NCBI GenBank assembly: GCA_047971505.1
Contig: JBKDZU010000006.1
Span: 1,956 to 65,955, forward strand
DNA from: Tenacibaculum sp.
Lineage (GTDB): Bacteria; Bacteroidota; Bacteroidia; Flavobacteriales; Flavobacteriaceae
Reading direction: 5' to 3'
DNA length: 64,000 nt
The notes beneath the pieces were generated by a model that had not been told where the DNA came from, did no database searches, and was given only the letters and a program-made list of their open reading frames with translations. Numbering within the stretch: the first letter of the stretch is position 1; each line of letters starts with the position of its first letter. A program made the translations under genes and the position numbers. This document shows positions 19,306-29,658 of the stretch, piece by piece.

Positions 19306-22269
19306 TTATTGTTTAATTTCTTTTTTAACAGTATCATTAAACAAATAATCAACATCTAGTTCAGTGATTTTACCGAGTTTTTTAAGAGAATTTAAATCTA
19401 GGTCTTTCTTATTGCCAATAACTGCAACATTATAGCTTTCTCCTTTTATGTTTTTGTCAAAGAACTGTTTTAGGTCTTTAACAGTCATGCTTTTAATTTT
19501 ATTGTATATTTCTTCGCGGTGGTCGTGATCTATGCCTAATTTTTTTAATGTTTCATAGGTCCAAAAAATATTTGATTTGGTAATGCGCTGTGACGCTAGC
19601 TTTTTTAAAGTAGCTTCTTTTGCTGCATTGAATTGTTTTTCAGCTTCGGGCATATTATTCATTAAATACATCATAGCATCAACTGCTTGAGCTAATTTAT
19701 TGGCTTGGGTTCCTATATAAGCTAAAACATAATTTGATCTGTCCTTTTTACTAGCGTCGTCATAAACTGCAAAGGCCGAATAGGCTAGTGATTTACTTTC
19801 TCTAATCTCTTGAAAAACTATAGATGACAACCCGCTTCCAAAATAAGTATTAAATAAACTTGAGGCAGCTAAAGTACTGGCATCGAACAACTCTCCTTTT
19901 GCCATAAACAGCATTTCGGCCTGAACCATATCGTAGTTAGTAAAATACACATTTCCTCCTGTTTCAATTTCTTTGTATTTTTTCGGCTCGGGGTAATCCT
20001 TTAAATTATTGTTTACTTTATGATGAGTGTTAAGTGCTGCAACGACCGCGTCAATATCCTTGCCATAATAGAAAATGCGCTGCTTATAGTTTTTCATATC
20101 CTTTATTAAGCTTATCAATTCATCTGGATTAATAACCTTTAATTCATCTATTTGCATAATATTTCTTAGTCGAGAGTTTTTACCATATATACCGTAATTC
20201 ATCAAACCTCTCCAAAGAATATTGCCTTTTTGTGTTTTGCTGTCTTGACGACCCTTGTATATTTTCTGCACATACTTGTCGTAAGCCTCCTGATCTGCCT
20301 TAGCATTATCCCACAAGTGTTCAAGTAACTCAAGCCCTTGAGGTAAATTTTCTTTTAATCCTCTTATCCCTACATAGGTTTTATCGTTTTGAGCACTCAC
20401 GTAATAATCAATACCTAATTTATAGAATTCTTTTTTTATTTCTTCCGCCGAGTATTTATCGGTTCCTATGTATTGCAAGTAACCAGCAGCTAAACTCAAT
20501 TTTTTATTGTGATCTTTCCCCATATCAAAAATGATATTTAAATCAAACAGATCGTTTTTTTCATTTAAAATATAAGAAATGTCAACTCCATTATCGGTCT
20601 TAGTTTTTTTGATAGACTTTTTGTAATCAATAAACTTAGGCTGTATGGCTTCAGATTGAATTTTATTAAACACCGCAATGTATTCTGAGCTTTTACCTCT
20701 GTTTAAGTTTACAGGTGTAATTCCAGGATTTGCAACTTTTACTACATTTTTATCTTCTCCTTTTCTTTTATAAGTTAATACATAGTTGTTTTTATAAAAT
20801 GTATTGGCAAAGTCAACTAGTTCCTGTTTGCTTATCTTTTTTAGATCATCTATAAATTTTACTTTGTTTTCCCAGCTTTCGCGGTGAATAAAGGCATTGT
20901 AATAAGCACTAGCCAATGCAGTACTGTTTTCGTACTGTCGGGTTTGACTCAATTTTAAATCATTTACCACTGCCTTAATCATACATTGGTCAAACTCCCC
21001 TTTTTTTAGCTTTTCAATTTGTTCTAACAGCAAGTCTTTCACTTCATCTAAGCTTTGTCCAACTTTGGGGGTTCCAGTAAAACTGTGGTAACCGTAGTCG
21101 TTTAAAAAAGTGGGCGAGCAACTTGCTCTTTGCACTCTTTGTTTTTGATTCAGGTTTAAATCTAATAAACCAGCATTGCCATTTGCTAATATCATATCGC
21201 ATAGGGTAACGTACTTTTGTTGTTCTGTGCTTACACCTTTTGAGCGGAATGCAATTGAAATGCTTTCAGAAGTAGGTCCGAAAACCTCCTTGACAATTGG
21301 TTGTGTAATAGGCTTTTCTTTTGGCAGTTCAGGATGGTTCAATTCTTTTTTTTCAAATTTTCCAAAAGTTTCACTTACTAATTGAATAGTTTTTTCAAAA
21401 TTTATATCTCCTACCAAAACTACAGCCATATTATTGGGCACGTAATACTTGTTAAAATAGTTGTGAATATCAACCATTGAGGGGTTTTTTAAATGCTCGC
21501 CTTTACCAATGGTTGTTTGTTGTCCGTAGGGATGGTTTGGAAACAAGCCATCTAGCATAGCGGCGTATTGCTTTCTAAAGTCGTTGTCTTGTGTTCTGTT
21601 AAACTCTTCAAAAACCGCCTCTAATTCGGTGTGAAAAAGTCGTAAAACCAAGGTGCTAAAGCGTTCTGCCTCTAGAGTTAACCACTTGTTTAGTTCATTG
21701 ACAGGTATTTTATTTTTATACACTGTTTCTTCAAACCAAGTGTGTGCATTGGTTCCGCTAGCTCCTAATGAAGAAGTCATTTTGTCATACTCATTTGCCA
21801 CTGCATACTGTGAAGCTTCTAACGAAGTTTTATCTATTTTTTTATAAATTTCCTTTTTCTTTTCAAGGTCTTTTTCAGCTCTGTGTTGTTGGTATAGCGC
21901 TGAAATTTTTTCTAAATACTCTTTCTCTTTTTCCCAATTTAATGTGCCTATTTTATGAGTTCCTTTAAAAACCATATGTTCTAGGTAATGAGCTAGCCCA
22001 GTTGAATTTTTAGGATCGTAATTTGAACCAGCTCTTACAGCTATATAGGTTTGAATTTTAGGCTCGTCTGTATTTTTGCTCAAATACACTTTTAGTCCAT
22101 TATCAAGGGTATATAGTCGTAAACCTGTTGGGTCGTTTGTTACTATTTCGTATGAAAAACCTTTAGCATCGGTTTTTTTCTCTGTTTTAACATAAGTGTT
22201 TGACGATTGCTTACAGCTAGCAACAAATGTTAAGTTTGTAAGTAAAAATAATAGTTTGATTTTATTCAT
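19306..22269 (-). CDS. M16 (pitrilysin/insulinase) family zinc peptidase, double-length lipoprotein
   Basis: 987 aa with lipoprotein signal NLTFVASC and inverted zincin motif HYLEHMVFKG (HxxEH). The second half is M16-like without the motif. Confidence 0.9.
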   Translation of the reverse strand: MNKIKLLFLLTNLTFVASCKQSSNTYVKTEKKTDAKGFSYEIVTNDPTGLRLYTLDNGLKVYLSKNTDEPKIQTYIAVRAGSNYDPKNSTGLAHYLEHMVFKGTHKIGTLNWEKEKEYLEKISALYQQHRAEKDLEKKKEIYKKIDKTSLEASQYAVANEYDKMTSSLGASGTNAHTWFEETVYKNKIPVNELNKWLTLEAERFSTLVLRLFHTELEAVFEEFNRTQDNDFRKQYAAMLDGLFPNHPYGQQTTIGKGEHLKNPSMVDIHNYFNKYYVPNNMAVVLVGDINFEKTIQLVSETFGKFEKKELNHPELPKEKPITQPIVKEVFGPTSESISIAFRSKGVSTEQQKYVTLCDMILANGNAGLLDLNLNQKQRVQRASCSPTFLNDYGYHSFTGTPKVGQSLDEVKDLLLEQIEKLKKGEFDQCMIKAVVNDLKLSQTRQYENSTALASAYYNAFIHRESWENKVKFIDDLKKISKQELVDFANTFYKNNYVLTYKRKGEDKNVVKVANPGITPVNLNRGKSSEYIAVFNKIQSEAIQPKFIDYKKSIKKTKTDNGVDISYILNEKNDLFDLNIIFDMGKDHNKKLSLAAGYLQYIGTDKYSAEEIKKEFYKLGIDYYVSAQNDKTYVGIRGLKENLPQGLELLEHLWDNAKADQEAYDKYVQKIYKGRQDSKTQKGNILWRGLMNYGIYGKNSRLRNIMQIDELKVINPDELISLIKDMKNYKQRIFYYGKDIDAVVAALNTHHKVNNNLKDYPEPKKYKEIETGGNVYFTNYDMVQAEMLFMAKGELFDASTLAASSLFNTYFGSGLSSIVFQEIRESKSLAYSAFAVYDDASKKDRSNYVLAYIGTQANKLAQAVDAMMYLMNNMPEAEKQFNAAKEATLKKLASQRITKSNIFWTYETLKKLGIDHDHREEIYNKIKSMTVKDLKQFFDKNIKGESYNVAVIGNKKDLDLNSLKKLGKITELDVDYLFNDTVKKEIKQ

Positions 22270-22414
22270 GCTTAAATAATGTTTGATAATATATATGATA
22301 TATTAATGTAAATAATTTAATTAAAAATAACGATGTATTAAGTATATTAACTTAACGTATTACAATAAGATAAAGTGTGTAAATTTAATATTTATTTTAC
22401 ATTATACAAAGTTT

Positions 22415-23290
22415 TTAAGCAAGTACTTTAGCTATGGCTTCTCCAATTTTTGCTGGCGATTGAACTACGTGTATTCCGTTTTTGTCAAGTATTTCCATTT
22501 TGGCTTGAGCAGTGTCGTCTGCGCCACCTACTATGGCTCCAGCATGGCCCATAGTTCTGCCAGCAGGAGCTGTTTGACCTGCTATAAAACCTACTACAGG
22601 CTTTCTATTGCCATCGGCCTTAATCCAACGAGCAGCTTCGGCTTCTAAATTTCCGCCTATTTCCCCTATCATTACTATAGCTTCGGTTTCACTGTCATTC
22701 ATGAGCAGTTCAACAGCTTCTTTGGTGCTAGTACCAATAATTGGATCTCCACCTATTCCTATAGCTGTAGTAATTCCAAAGCCTTGTTTTACAACTTGGT
22801 CGGCAGCTTCATAGGTTAGAGTACCTGATTTAGAAACTATACCTACTTTGCCTTTTTTAAATATAAATCCAGGCATAATACCTACCTTAGCCTCATCTGG
22901 GCTAATAACTCCAGGACAGTTAGGACCGATTAACGTGCAGTCCTTTTTGGCATCGATATAGTTTTTTACTTTTATCATGTCGGAAGTTGGTATGCCTTCT
23001 GTTATGCATATAATTACTTTGATGCCAGCTTCGGCAGATTCCAAAATAGCATCCGCAGCAAAGGCAGGTGGCACAAAGATGATAGAGGTATTGGCATTGA
23101 CTTTTTGAACAGCCTCTTCAACAGTATTAAATACGGGCTTACTCAAATGTACCTGTCCTCCTTTGCCTGGAGTGACTCCTCCTACAATATTAGTGCCGTA
23201 TTCAATCATTTGACTAGCGTGGAAAGTTCCTTCACTGCCTGTAAAGCCTTGTACTATAATTTTTGAATCTTTGTTTACTAAAACACTCAT
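22415..23290 (-). CDS. sucD: Succinyl-CoA synthetase alpha subunit
   Basis: 291 aa. Has [22 protein letters not shown] and the phosphohistidine loop TMGHAGAIV. Confidence 0.95.
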   Translation of the reverse strand: MSVLVNKDSKIIVQGFTGSEGTFHASQMIEYGTNIVGGVTPGKGGQVHLSKPVFNTVEEAVQKVNANTSIIFVPPAFAADAILESAEAGIKVIICITEGIPTSDMIKVKNYIDAKKDCTLIGPNCPGVISPDEAKVGIMPGFIFKKGKVGIVSKSGTLTYEAADQVVKQGFGITTAIGIGGDPIIGTSTKEAVELLMNDSETEAIVMIGEIGGNLEAEAARWIKADGNRKPVVGFIAGQTAPAGRTMGHAGAIVGGADDTAQAKMEILDKNGIHVVQSPAKIGEAIAKVLA

Positions 23291-23366
23291 TGGTTTGCTT
23301 TTAAATATTTTTTAAAGTTGCACAAATATAACTTTTTGTCAGAAGTTTTTTACAATTAATTTTACT

Positions 23367-24287
23367 TTAGTTTTTACCTTTTTGAATTGCGTTTTTTAAG
23401 TAAATAACCTCTCTTAAGGTTTGTTTGTATTCTCTTTGCGGAGTGCCGTAGTAAGTTCCTTTTTTTAAAGACTTTGATACTCCAGTTTGAGCCATTAAAA
23501 CTGTGCCTTTTTCTATGATTAATCCGCTTGTAATTCCTACTTGCCCCCAAATGGTAACCTCATCTTCAATTTTAGTGCATCCTGCAATTCCTGTTTGAGC
23601 TGCTATTAAACATTTGTTGCCTATAGATGCATCGTGCCCTATGTGTACTTGATTGTCTATTTTGGTTCCTTGTCTTATTGTAGTATCGCCTGAAACTCCT
23701 CTGTCAATAGTGCAAGAGGCTCCCAACTCTACATTGTTTTCAATTATCACTCTTCCGCCAGAAATTAACCTGTCAAACCTGTCGGATCTGTTTTTGTAGT
23801 AAAAAGCATCGCTCCCCAATACGGTGTTTGATTGAATTATAATATTATCGCCCAATATGCAGTTGTTATTTATTACAACGTTTGCATGAATTATACAGTT
23901 TTTACCTATTATTACATTTTCTCCAATAAATACATTTGGTTGAATTATTGTGCCTTTTCCTATAATTGCTGTTTTAGAAATATTTTCTTTTGAAGCTATA
24001 AAAGGATTAAAATGCTTAGTTATCTTATTAAAATCTCTAAAAGGGTCGTCGGATATCAAAAGTGCTTTGTTTTTTGGGCATTCGACAATTTTATTTATAA
24101 GTACAGTGCTAGCTTTTGAGTTTAGTGCTTTATTGTAATACTTTGGATGATCGACAAAAACAATTTCGCCCGATTCAACAACATGTATTTCATTTATGCC
24201 CGTAATAGGAAAGTTTTCATCGCCTATAAATTTAATCCCCAACAGGGTTGCAATTTGCTTTAGTGTTTGGACTTGCTTGAATTTCAA
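23367..24287 (-). CDS. LpxD-like UDP-3-O-acylglucosamine N-acyltransferase paralog
   Basis: 306 aa. LpxD-like N-terminal domain, left-handed beta-helix hexapeptide repeats, and His context VHIGHDASIG. Confidence 0.75.
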   Translation of the reverse strand: MKFKQVQTLKQIATLLGIKFIGDENFPITGINEIHVVESGEIVFVDHPKYYNKALNSKASTVLINKIVECPKNKALLISDDPFRDFNKITKHFNPFIASKENISKTAIIGKGTIIQPNVFIGENVIIGKNCIIHANVVINNNCILGDNIIIQSNTVLGSDAFYYKNRSDRFDRLISGGRVIIENNVELGASCTIDRGVSGDTTIRQGTKIDNQVHIGHDASIGNKCLIAAQTGIAGCTKIEDEVTIWGQVGITSGLIIEKGTVLMAQTGVSKSLKKGTYYGTPQREYKQTLREVIYLKNAIQKGKN

Positions 24288-24458
24288 ATAAATAATTTTA
24301 GGTTAAACATTCTATATTTTAAAAGGTTAATAGTATTGACAAAAAAACAACTAAATATGCTTGCTATTTTATTTATCACCTTTTTCGGAAATGATTATAT
24401 TCAACCTATTTGTCAACTATCTAAACAGTTATTTTGTCAAGTGATTTTTAAGTGGTTG

Positions 24459-25025
24459 TTAATCTTTGATGCGCTCGGTGTATATTCCTTTTTCTGTATC
24501 GATTTTTATTTTATCATCTTGATTTATAAACAAGGGAACATTAATCCTAGCACCAGTTTCAACCGTTGCGGGTTTTGTAGCATTTGTAGCTGTGTTACCT
24601 TTTATTCCAGGCTCGGTATGTATTACTTTTAATACAACATGTGTAGGCATCTCGACAGATAAAGGAGAGCCATCTTCAACATTTATTAGCACAGTTACAA
24701 CCTGCTCCTCTTTTAACAATTCTGGAGCTTCTAATGCTGATTTTTGTAAAATTATTTGATTGTAATCCTGAGTGTTCATAAAGTGAAAATCGGTTCCTTC
24801 TGCATATAAAAATTGAAATTTATGAGTTTCTACTATCACATTGTCAATTTTGTGTCCTGCTGAAAAAGTGTTGTCTATTACTTTTCCAGTAGTTAGGCTT
24901 TTTAGTTTGGTTCTTACAAAAGCAGGACCTTTTCCAGGTTTAACGTGTAAAAACTCAACAATTTTAAAAATATCGTGGTTATACCTTATGCACAATCCTT
25001 TTCTTATATCTGATGTTGTTGTCAT
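24459..25025 (-). CDS. efp: Elongation factor P
   Basis: 188 aa with the loop HVKPGKGPAFVRTKLK and three-domain EF-P length. Confidence 0.95.
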   Translation of the reverse strand: MTTTSDIRKGLCIRYNHDIFKIVEFLHVKPGKGPAFVRTKLKSLTTGKVIDNTFSAGHKIDNVIVETHKFQFLYAEGTDFHFMNTQDYNQIILQKSALEAPELLKEEQVVTVLINVEDGSPLSVEMPTHVVLKVIHTEPGIKGNTATNATKPATVETGARINVPLFINQDDKIKIDTEKGIYTERIKD

Positions 25026-25034
25026 TTTATATAT

Positions 25035-25820
25035 TTAGTTTGTTTTAAAATATCCTTTCATAATCCCTCTGTGAGAATCTTTTACAAATTGCAAAATTTC
25101 ATCTCTCTCTGGGGTAGCCTCCATTTCTGCCTCTATAATTTCTACTGCCTGAGTGTTATTGTAATTTCTTTGATATAGAATTCTGTAAATTTCTTGAATT
25201 TCTCTTATTTTTTTAGATGAGAAGCCTCTTCTTCGCAAGCCTACCGAGTTAATACCAACATACGATAGCGGTTCTCTGGCGGCTTTTACATAAGGAGGAA
25301 CATCTTTGCGCACTAAGGATCCTCCTGTTACAAATGCGTGATTACCCACTGAAGCAAATTGATGAACAGCTACCATACCTGCCAAAACTGCATTATTGCC
25401 AATATTAACATGTCCGGCCAATGTGGTATTGTTTGAAAAAATGCAATTATTGCCAACTTTGCAATCGTGCGCTATATGACTGTATGCCATTATTAAACAA
25501 TTACTCCCTATTGTTGTTTTTAGTCTATCGGTAGTTCCTCGGTTAATGGTTACACATTCTCTGATGGTTACATTATTGCCAATAATTGCTATTGTGTCTT
25601 CGTCGTTAAACTTTAGGTCTTGTGGTATGGCAGAAACTACAGATCCTGGAAAAATTCTACAATTATTGCCTATACGGGCTCCTTCCATGATAGTTACATT
25701 TGAGCCTATCCATGTGCCCGAGCCAATTTCTACATTGGAATGTATGGTGGTAAAGGGCTCAATTACTACATTTCTGGCTATTTTAGCTTGTGGATGTACG
25801 TAAGCTAAAGGTTGATTCAT
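25035..25820 (-). CDS. lpxA: Acyl-ACP:UDP-GlcNAc O-acyltransferase
   Basis: 261 aa with hexapeptide repeats plus the C-terminal helical domain typical of LpxA. Sits within the lpx cluster. Confidence 0.9.
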   Translation of the reverse strand: MNQPLAYVHPQAKIARNVVIEPFTTIHSNVEIGSGTWIGSNVTIMEGARIGNNCRIFPGSVVSAIPQDLKFNDEDTIAIIGNNVTIRECVTINRGTTDRLKTTIGSNCLIMAYSHIAHDCKVGNNCIFSNNTTLAGHVNIGNNAVLAGMVAVHQFASVGNHAFVTGGSLVRKDVPPYVKAAREPLSYVGINSVGLRRRGFSSKKIREIQEIYRILYQRNYNNTQAVEIIEAEMEATPERDEILQFVKDSHRGIMKGYFKTN

Positions 25821-25825
25821 ATTAA

Positions 25826-27217
25826 CTATTTTACTTTTGAAATTTGAGCCATTAGTTCTGCCTCACAAACAAGCTTTCCGTTTGCATAGGCATAGGCTTG
25901 CATGTGGGCAATTCCTCGCCTTATGGGAGTAATTAGTTCGCTTTTAAATATTAACGTATCACCGGGTAGTACTTTTTGCTTAAACTTAACATTGTCTATT
26001 TTCATGAAATAGGTTAAGTAGTTTTCTGGATCAGAAACAGTACTTAGCACTAGGATCCCACCGCATTGGGCCATTGCTTCAATTTGCAAAACGCCAGGCA
26101 TTACAGGGGCTTTTGGAAAATGACCTATAAAAAAACTTTCGTTCATACTAACGTTTTTCATGCCTACCACGTGCTTTTTTGATAATTCTAAAATTCTGTC
26201 GATCAACAAAAAAGGAGGGCGATGAGGAAGGATACTCATTATTTTTTGAATATCCATTAAGGGTTCTTGATTAAGGTCAAATACAGGAACATTGCCTCTT
26301 TTTTCTTGCTTTATAATTTTGGCTAGTTTTTTGGCAAATAAAGTGTTTATAGAATGCCCCGGTTTATTGGCTATTACTTTTCCTCTGATTTTAACTCCTA
26401 CAAGAGCCAAATCGCCAATTACATCTAAGAGTTTATGCCTTGCTGCTTCATTGGCCCAATGCAAGGTTAAGTTGTCTAGTATACCATTGGGTTTTATAGA
26501 AATATTTTCTTTTTTAAAGGCTTTTTTTAATTTTTCTACAGTACTGTCAGATAGCTCTTTATCTACATAAACTATGGCGTTGTTTAAATCTCCTCCTTTT
26601 ATTAAATCATTTTCTAGCAACATTTCTATCTCGTGTAAAAAACTAAAGGTTCTAGCTGCAGAAATTTCTTTTTTAAAATCTGAAATTGAGTTTAAGGTAG
26701 CGTTTTGTGTTCCTAAAATTTTTGTGCCAAAATCTACCATAGTGGTAATTTGATACGAATCGGCTGGCATTAAAATAATTTCGCTTCCTGTTTTTTCATC
26801 CTCACAACTTATAATTTCCTTTACTATATACTCCTCAGCTTGAGCTTGTTGTTCAATTATTTCTGTTTTTTCTAAAGCTTCGACAAAAAATTTTGACGAG
26901 CCGTCCATTATTGGAGGCTCAGAGGAGTTTATTTCGATTATAAGATTGTCAATTCCTAAACCAACTGCTGCTGCAAGCACGTGTTCTGAGGTTTGAATTT
27001 GCACTCCATTTTTTTGTAAATTAGTACCTCTTTGAGTGTTTACAACATAATCTGCTTTAGCTTCAATAATAGGTTTGCCTTCTAGGTCAACGCGCACAAA
27101 GGCATAGCCGTTATTTATCGGTGCTGGCTTAAAGGTCATGGTTACTTCATTGCCCGTGTGTAAACCTACACCCGATAGTGATATTTCGCTCTTAATTGTT
27201 GTTTGTTTTTTACTCAT
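25826..27217 (-). CDS. lpxC: Bifunctional UDP-3-O-acyl-GlcNAc deacetylase / 3-hydroxyacyl-ACP dehydratase (LpxC-FabZ fusion)
   Basis: The N-terminal part has SGVGLHTGNEV (LpxC). The C-terminal part has the hot-dog motif HFPKAPVMPGVLQIEAMAQ (FabZ). The start is taken at MSKKQTTIK (27217), which overlaps the lpxD stop by 8 nt; the track ORF begins 18 nt further upstream. Confidence 0.95.
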   Translation of the reverse strand: MSKKQTTIKSEISLSGVGLHTGNEVTMTFKPAPINNGYAFVRVDLEGKPIIEAKADYVVNTQRGTNLQKNGVQIQTSEHVLAAAVGLGIDNLIIEINSSEPPIMDGSSKFFVEALEKTEIIEQQAQAEEYIVKEIISCEDEKTGSEIILMPADSYQITTMVDFGTKILGTQNATLNSISDFKKEISAARTFSFLHEIEMLLENDLIKGGDLNNAIVYVDKELSDSTVEKLKKAFKKENISIKPNGILDNLTLHWANEAARHKLLDVIGDLALVGVKIRGKVIANKPGHSINTLFAKKLAKIIKQEKRGNVPVFDLNQEPLMDIQKIMSILPHRPPFLLIDRILELSKKHVVGMKNVSMNESFFIGHFPKAPVMPGVLQIEAMAQCGGILVLSTVSDPENYLTYFMKIDNVKFKQKVLPGDTLIFKSELITPIRRGIAHMQAYAYANGKLVCEAELMAQISKVK

Positions 27218-28253
27218 TTTTACTTTTGTGAGCACGTAACTCTTTCTCGATTTTATTAATTGAAGTTACTATGTTTGGTAAATTTTTAAAATGCACATAT
27301 GATTTGTTGTAATTAGGATAGTCAAAAGCTGGTGTGCCTTGAACTACAGCATTGTCTTTTAAGCTTTTACCTACGCCTGACTGTGCCTGAATTTGAACAT
27401 AATTGCCTATGGTTATATGTCCTACAATTCCTACTTGGCCTCCAATTTTACAATGCTCGCCAATTTTTGTTGAACCGGCAATACCTGTTTGAGAGGCAAT
27501 TACTGTATGCTTGCCTATTTCAACGTTATGAGCAATTTGAATTTGATTGTCTAACTTGACTCCCTCTCTAATAATTGTCGATCCTAGAGTTGCCCTATCA
27601 ATAGTGCAATTTGATCCAATATCAACATTGTTTTCAACAATGACGTTCCCAATTTGAGGGATAGCATTATACTTGCCTTTTTCGTCAGGTGTAAAACCAA
27701 AACCATCAGCTCCTATAACACTTCCAGAGTGAATTTCGCAATTGCTGCCTACTTGGGTTTCGGAGTATATTTTTACCCCAGCAAATAAGATGCAGTTATC
27801 GGCAATACTGACATTATCGCCTATGTATGAGTTTGGATATATTTTAACATTGTTTCCGATATTTACATTCTCGCCTATATATGAAAAAGCACCTATGTAC
27901 TCATCGCTTCCTATTTTTGCCGATTTTGAAATAAAGCAAGGGGATTCTCTTCCTGTTTTATTGCCTTTTACACTGCAGTAAAATTCTAACAGCTTAGAAA
28001 ATGACTTGTATGCATCATCTACCTTTATCAGGGTTGTTTTTACTTTTTTTTCTAAAACCAGCCCTTTGTTTACTATGGTAACACTTGCTTTTGTATTGTA
28101 TATAAAAGGAGTGTATTTTGGGTTTGACAAAAAAGTTAATGAGCCTGTGCTTCCTTCCTCTATTTTAGATAATTTTAATACCTCAGCCTCTGGGTTCCCA
28201 ATTATATCTCCATTTAAAATTTTGGCTATTTGTTTTGCTGTAAATTTCATCAA
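27210..28253 (-). CDS. lpxD: UDP-3-O-acylglucosamine N-acyltransferase
   Basis: 347 aa. N-terminal MKFTAKQIAKILNG..., hexapeptide repeats, and catalytic His context IQIAHNVEIG. Confidence 0.9.
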   Translation of the reverse strand: MMKFTAKQIAKILNGDIIGNPEAEVLKLSKIEEGSTGSLTFLSNPKYTPFIYNTKASVTIVNKGLVLEKKVKTTLIKVDDAYKSFSKLLEFYCSVKGNKTGRESPCFISKSAKIGSDEYIGAFSYIGENVNIGNNVKIYPNSYIGDNVSIADNCILFAGVKIYSETQVGSNCEIHSGSVIGADGFGFTPDEKGKYNAIPQIGNVIVENNVDIGSNCTIDRATLGSTIIREGVKLDNQIQIAHNVEIGKHTVIASQTGIAGSTKIGEHCKIGGQVGIVGHITIGNYVQIQAQSGVGKSLKDNAVVQGTPAFDYPNYNKSYVHFKNLPNIVTSINKIEKELRAHKSKNE

Positions 28254-28603
28254 GACAAAAGTAATTAATTTTGTTCAATACTTTTTTAAATGTTAATTTT
28301 TTGCTTATTAATAAAACTGGTGGCATCTAAAAAAATACATTGTTTAGCAGTATTTTAATTTGTAATAATTTTTAATTTTACGTTATGTTGCTTGTTTAGC
28401 TTAGTGTGATTTGCAGTTTTAACTAAAATAAAAAAAACCTAGATAATTTTTAGTGCAAAGTTAAAAGGTTTTAACAAGTGTTGTGTTTGTTTTTTTAATA
28501 CAACTAGCATTATTTTAAATAAAAAAGTAGTAGAGCACAAATTTTAGAGAAATTCTTTTTTTGATGCTTTACACAAAATTAAATAACGAGGATAATAACA
28601 CAA

Positions 28604-29491
28604 TTATTTTTTAAATCTAATTTTATTGTTGAGATAATCGGGCAGATTTGGGTTTTCTGGGTCGTTAAAGTCATTTCTTGGATCATTATCTTTGTTTCTG
28701 TCTTCATCTCTAGTCAATACAGAGTCGTTGTCGTCATCACGGTCTAAAAAATTTAACGTATTGTCGTTGTCAGTATCGTCATTCCAAGGTCTTCCATCCT
28801 GATCAATATCCTCGTAAATTGAGGGAATATTGTCTGAATCGTGGTCAGTATCTTTTATAAAATCATACAAATTTACATAGTAAAGTAGTATTGTATTAGG
28901 TAGTGGTCCTCCATTTCTGTAGGCTAAACCTGAAGGCAAAATAAAAAATCCTTCGCCGCCCATCTCGTAGCGTATAGGCTCGTCGTTATTTTCTACTATA
29001 TTGCCGCCTTTAAAGTGAGTAAAGGCATAAATCCAACCTCTTACAGCTGGAATTATATTTATTGGGTCAAACCAAACTGGGTTAATTATCTCTTCAACTG
29101 TCTCTACTTCACTTGTGTTGTTTAAAGTTTTTAGCTTATAAACTGCTAAAATAGAATCCATTACTGTAGGAAATCCCTTATCATTAGCGGGTTCCTCTTG
29201 TTCTTTGACAAAACAATAGTAGGTGTAATTTACATCAAACTCATTTATTTCTCTGGTTAACAGCCTACTATCTTCAAATAAAGGTAGTTTGCCAGATTCA
29301 AGAGGTTTTATCGAATCGGCAGTTTTATCAAAATAGTGATTTTTTAAAAATTTGACAATCGAATCATTGTCTTTTATGGCTTGTGCACTGTGATCAAAGT
29401 TATCAACTATTTGGTTTGTGTCGTTATCGCCACACGAATAAACAATAAGCCCTAATATCAAGGCTTGTATAAAGTACTTGAATTTTAACAT
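28604..29491 (-). CDS. Lipoprotein with an FKBP-like domain and an Asp-rich thrombospondin-type-3-like C-terminal region
   Basis: Lipobox LIVYSCGD. FKBP-like pattern VRGWIYAFTHFKGG ... FILPSGLAYRNGG ... ILLYYVNLYD. C-terminal tail DIDQDGRPWNDDTDNDNTLNFLDRDDDNDSVLTRDEDRNKDNDPRND. Confidence 0.5.
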   Translation of the reverse strand: MLKFKYFIQALILGLIVYSCGDNDTNQIVDNFDHSAQAIKDNDSIVKFLKNHYFDKTADSIKPLESGKLPLFEDSRLLTREINEFDVNYTYYCFVKEQEEPANDKGFPTVMDSILAVYKLKTLNNTSEVETVEEIINPVWFDPINIIPAVRGWIYAFTHFKGGNIVENNDEPIRYEMGGEGFFILPSGLAYRNGGPLPNTILLYYVNLYDFIKDTDHDSDNIPSIYEDIDQDGRPWNDDTDNDNTLNFLDRDDDNDSVLTRDEDRNKDNDPRNDFNDPENPNLPDYLNNKIRFKK

Positions 29492-29658
29492 TTAAAAAAA
29501 AATAATGCGCAATATAGTATTTTTATACCTTTGTATAAAATGATTTTATCAATTTTAACTATTAACAAGTAAATTAGCAAAGTGTGGAAATAATAAATAA
29601 GAACACGGAGTTAGTTTTATATAGGTTAGCTTTTTTAAACTCACACTAATAAAGCATT

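Noticed and set aside
24267-24632. 121-aa plus-strand ORF spanning the lpxD2-efp intergenic region and the efp 3' end.
   Set aside because: It overlaps the efp coding sequence on the opposite strand. The hydrophobic, low-complexity translation has no motif. It is most likely spurious.
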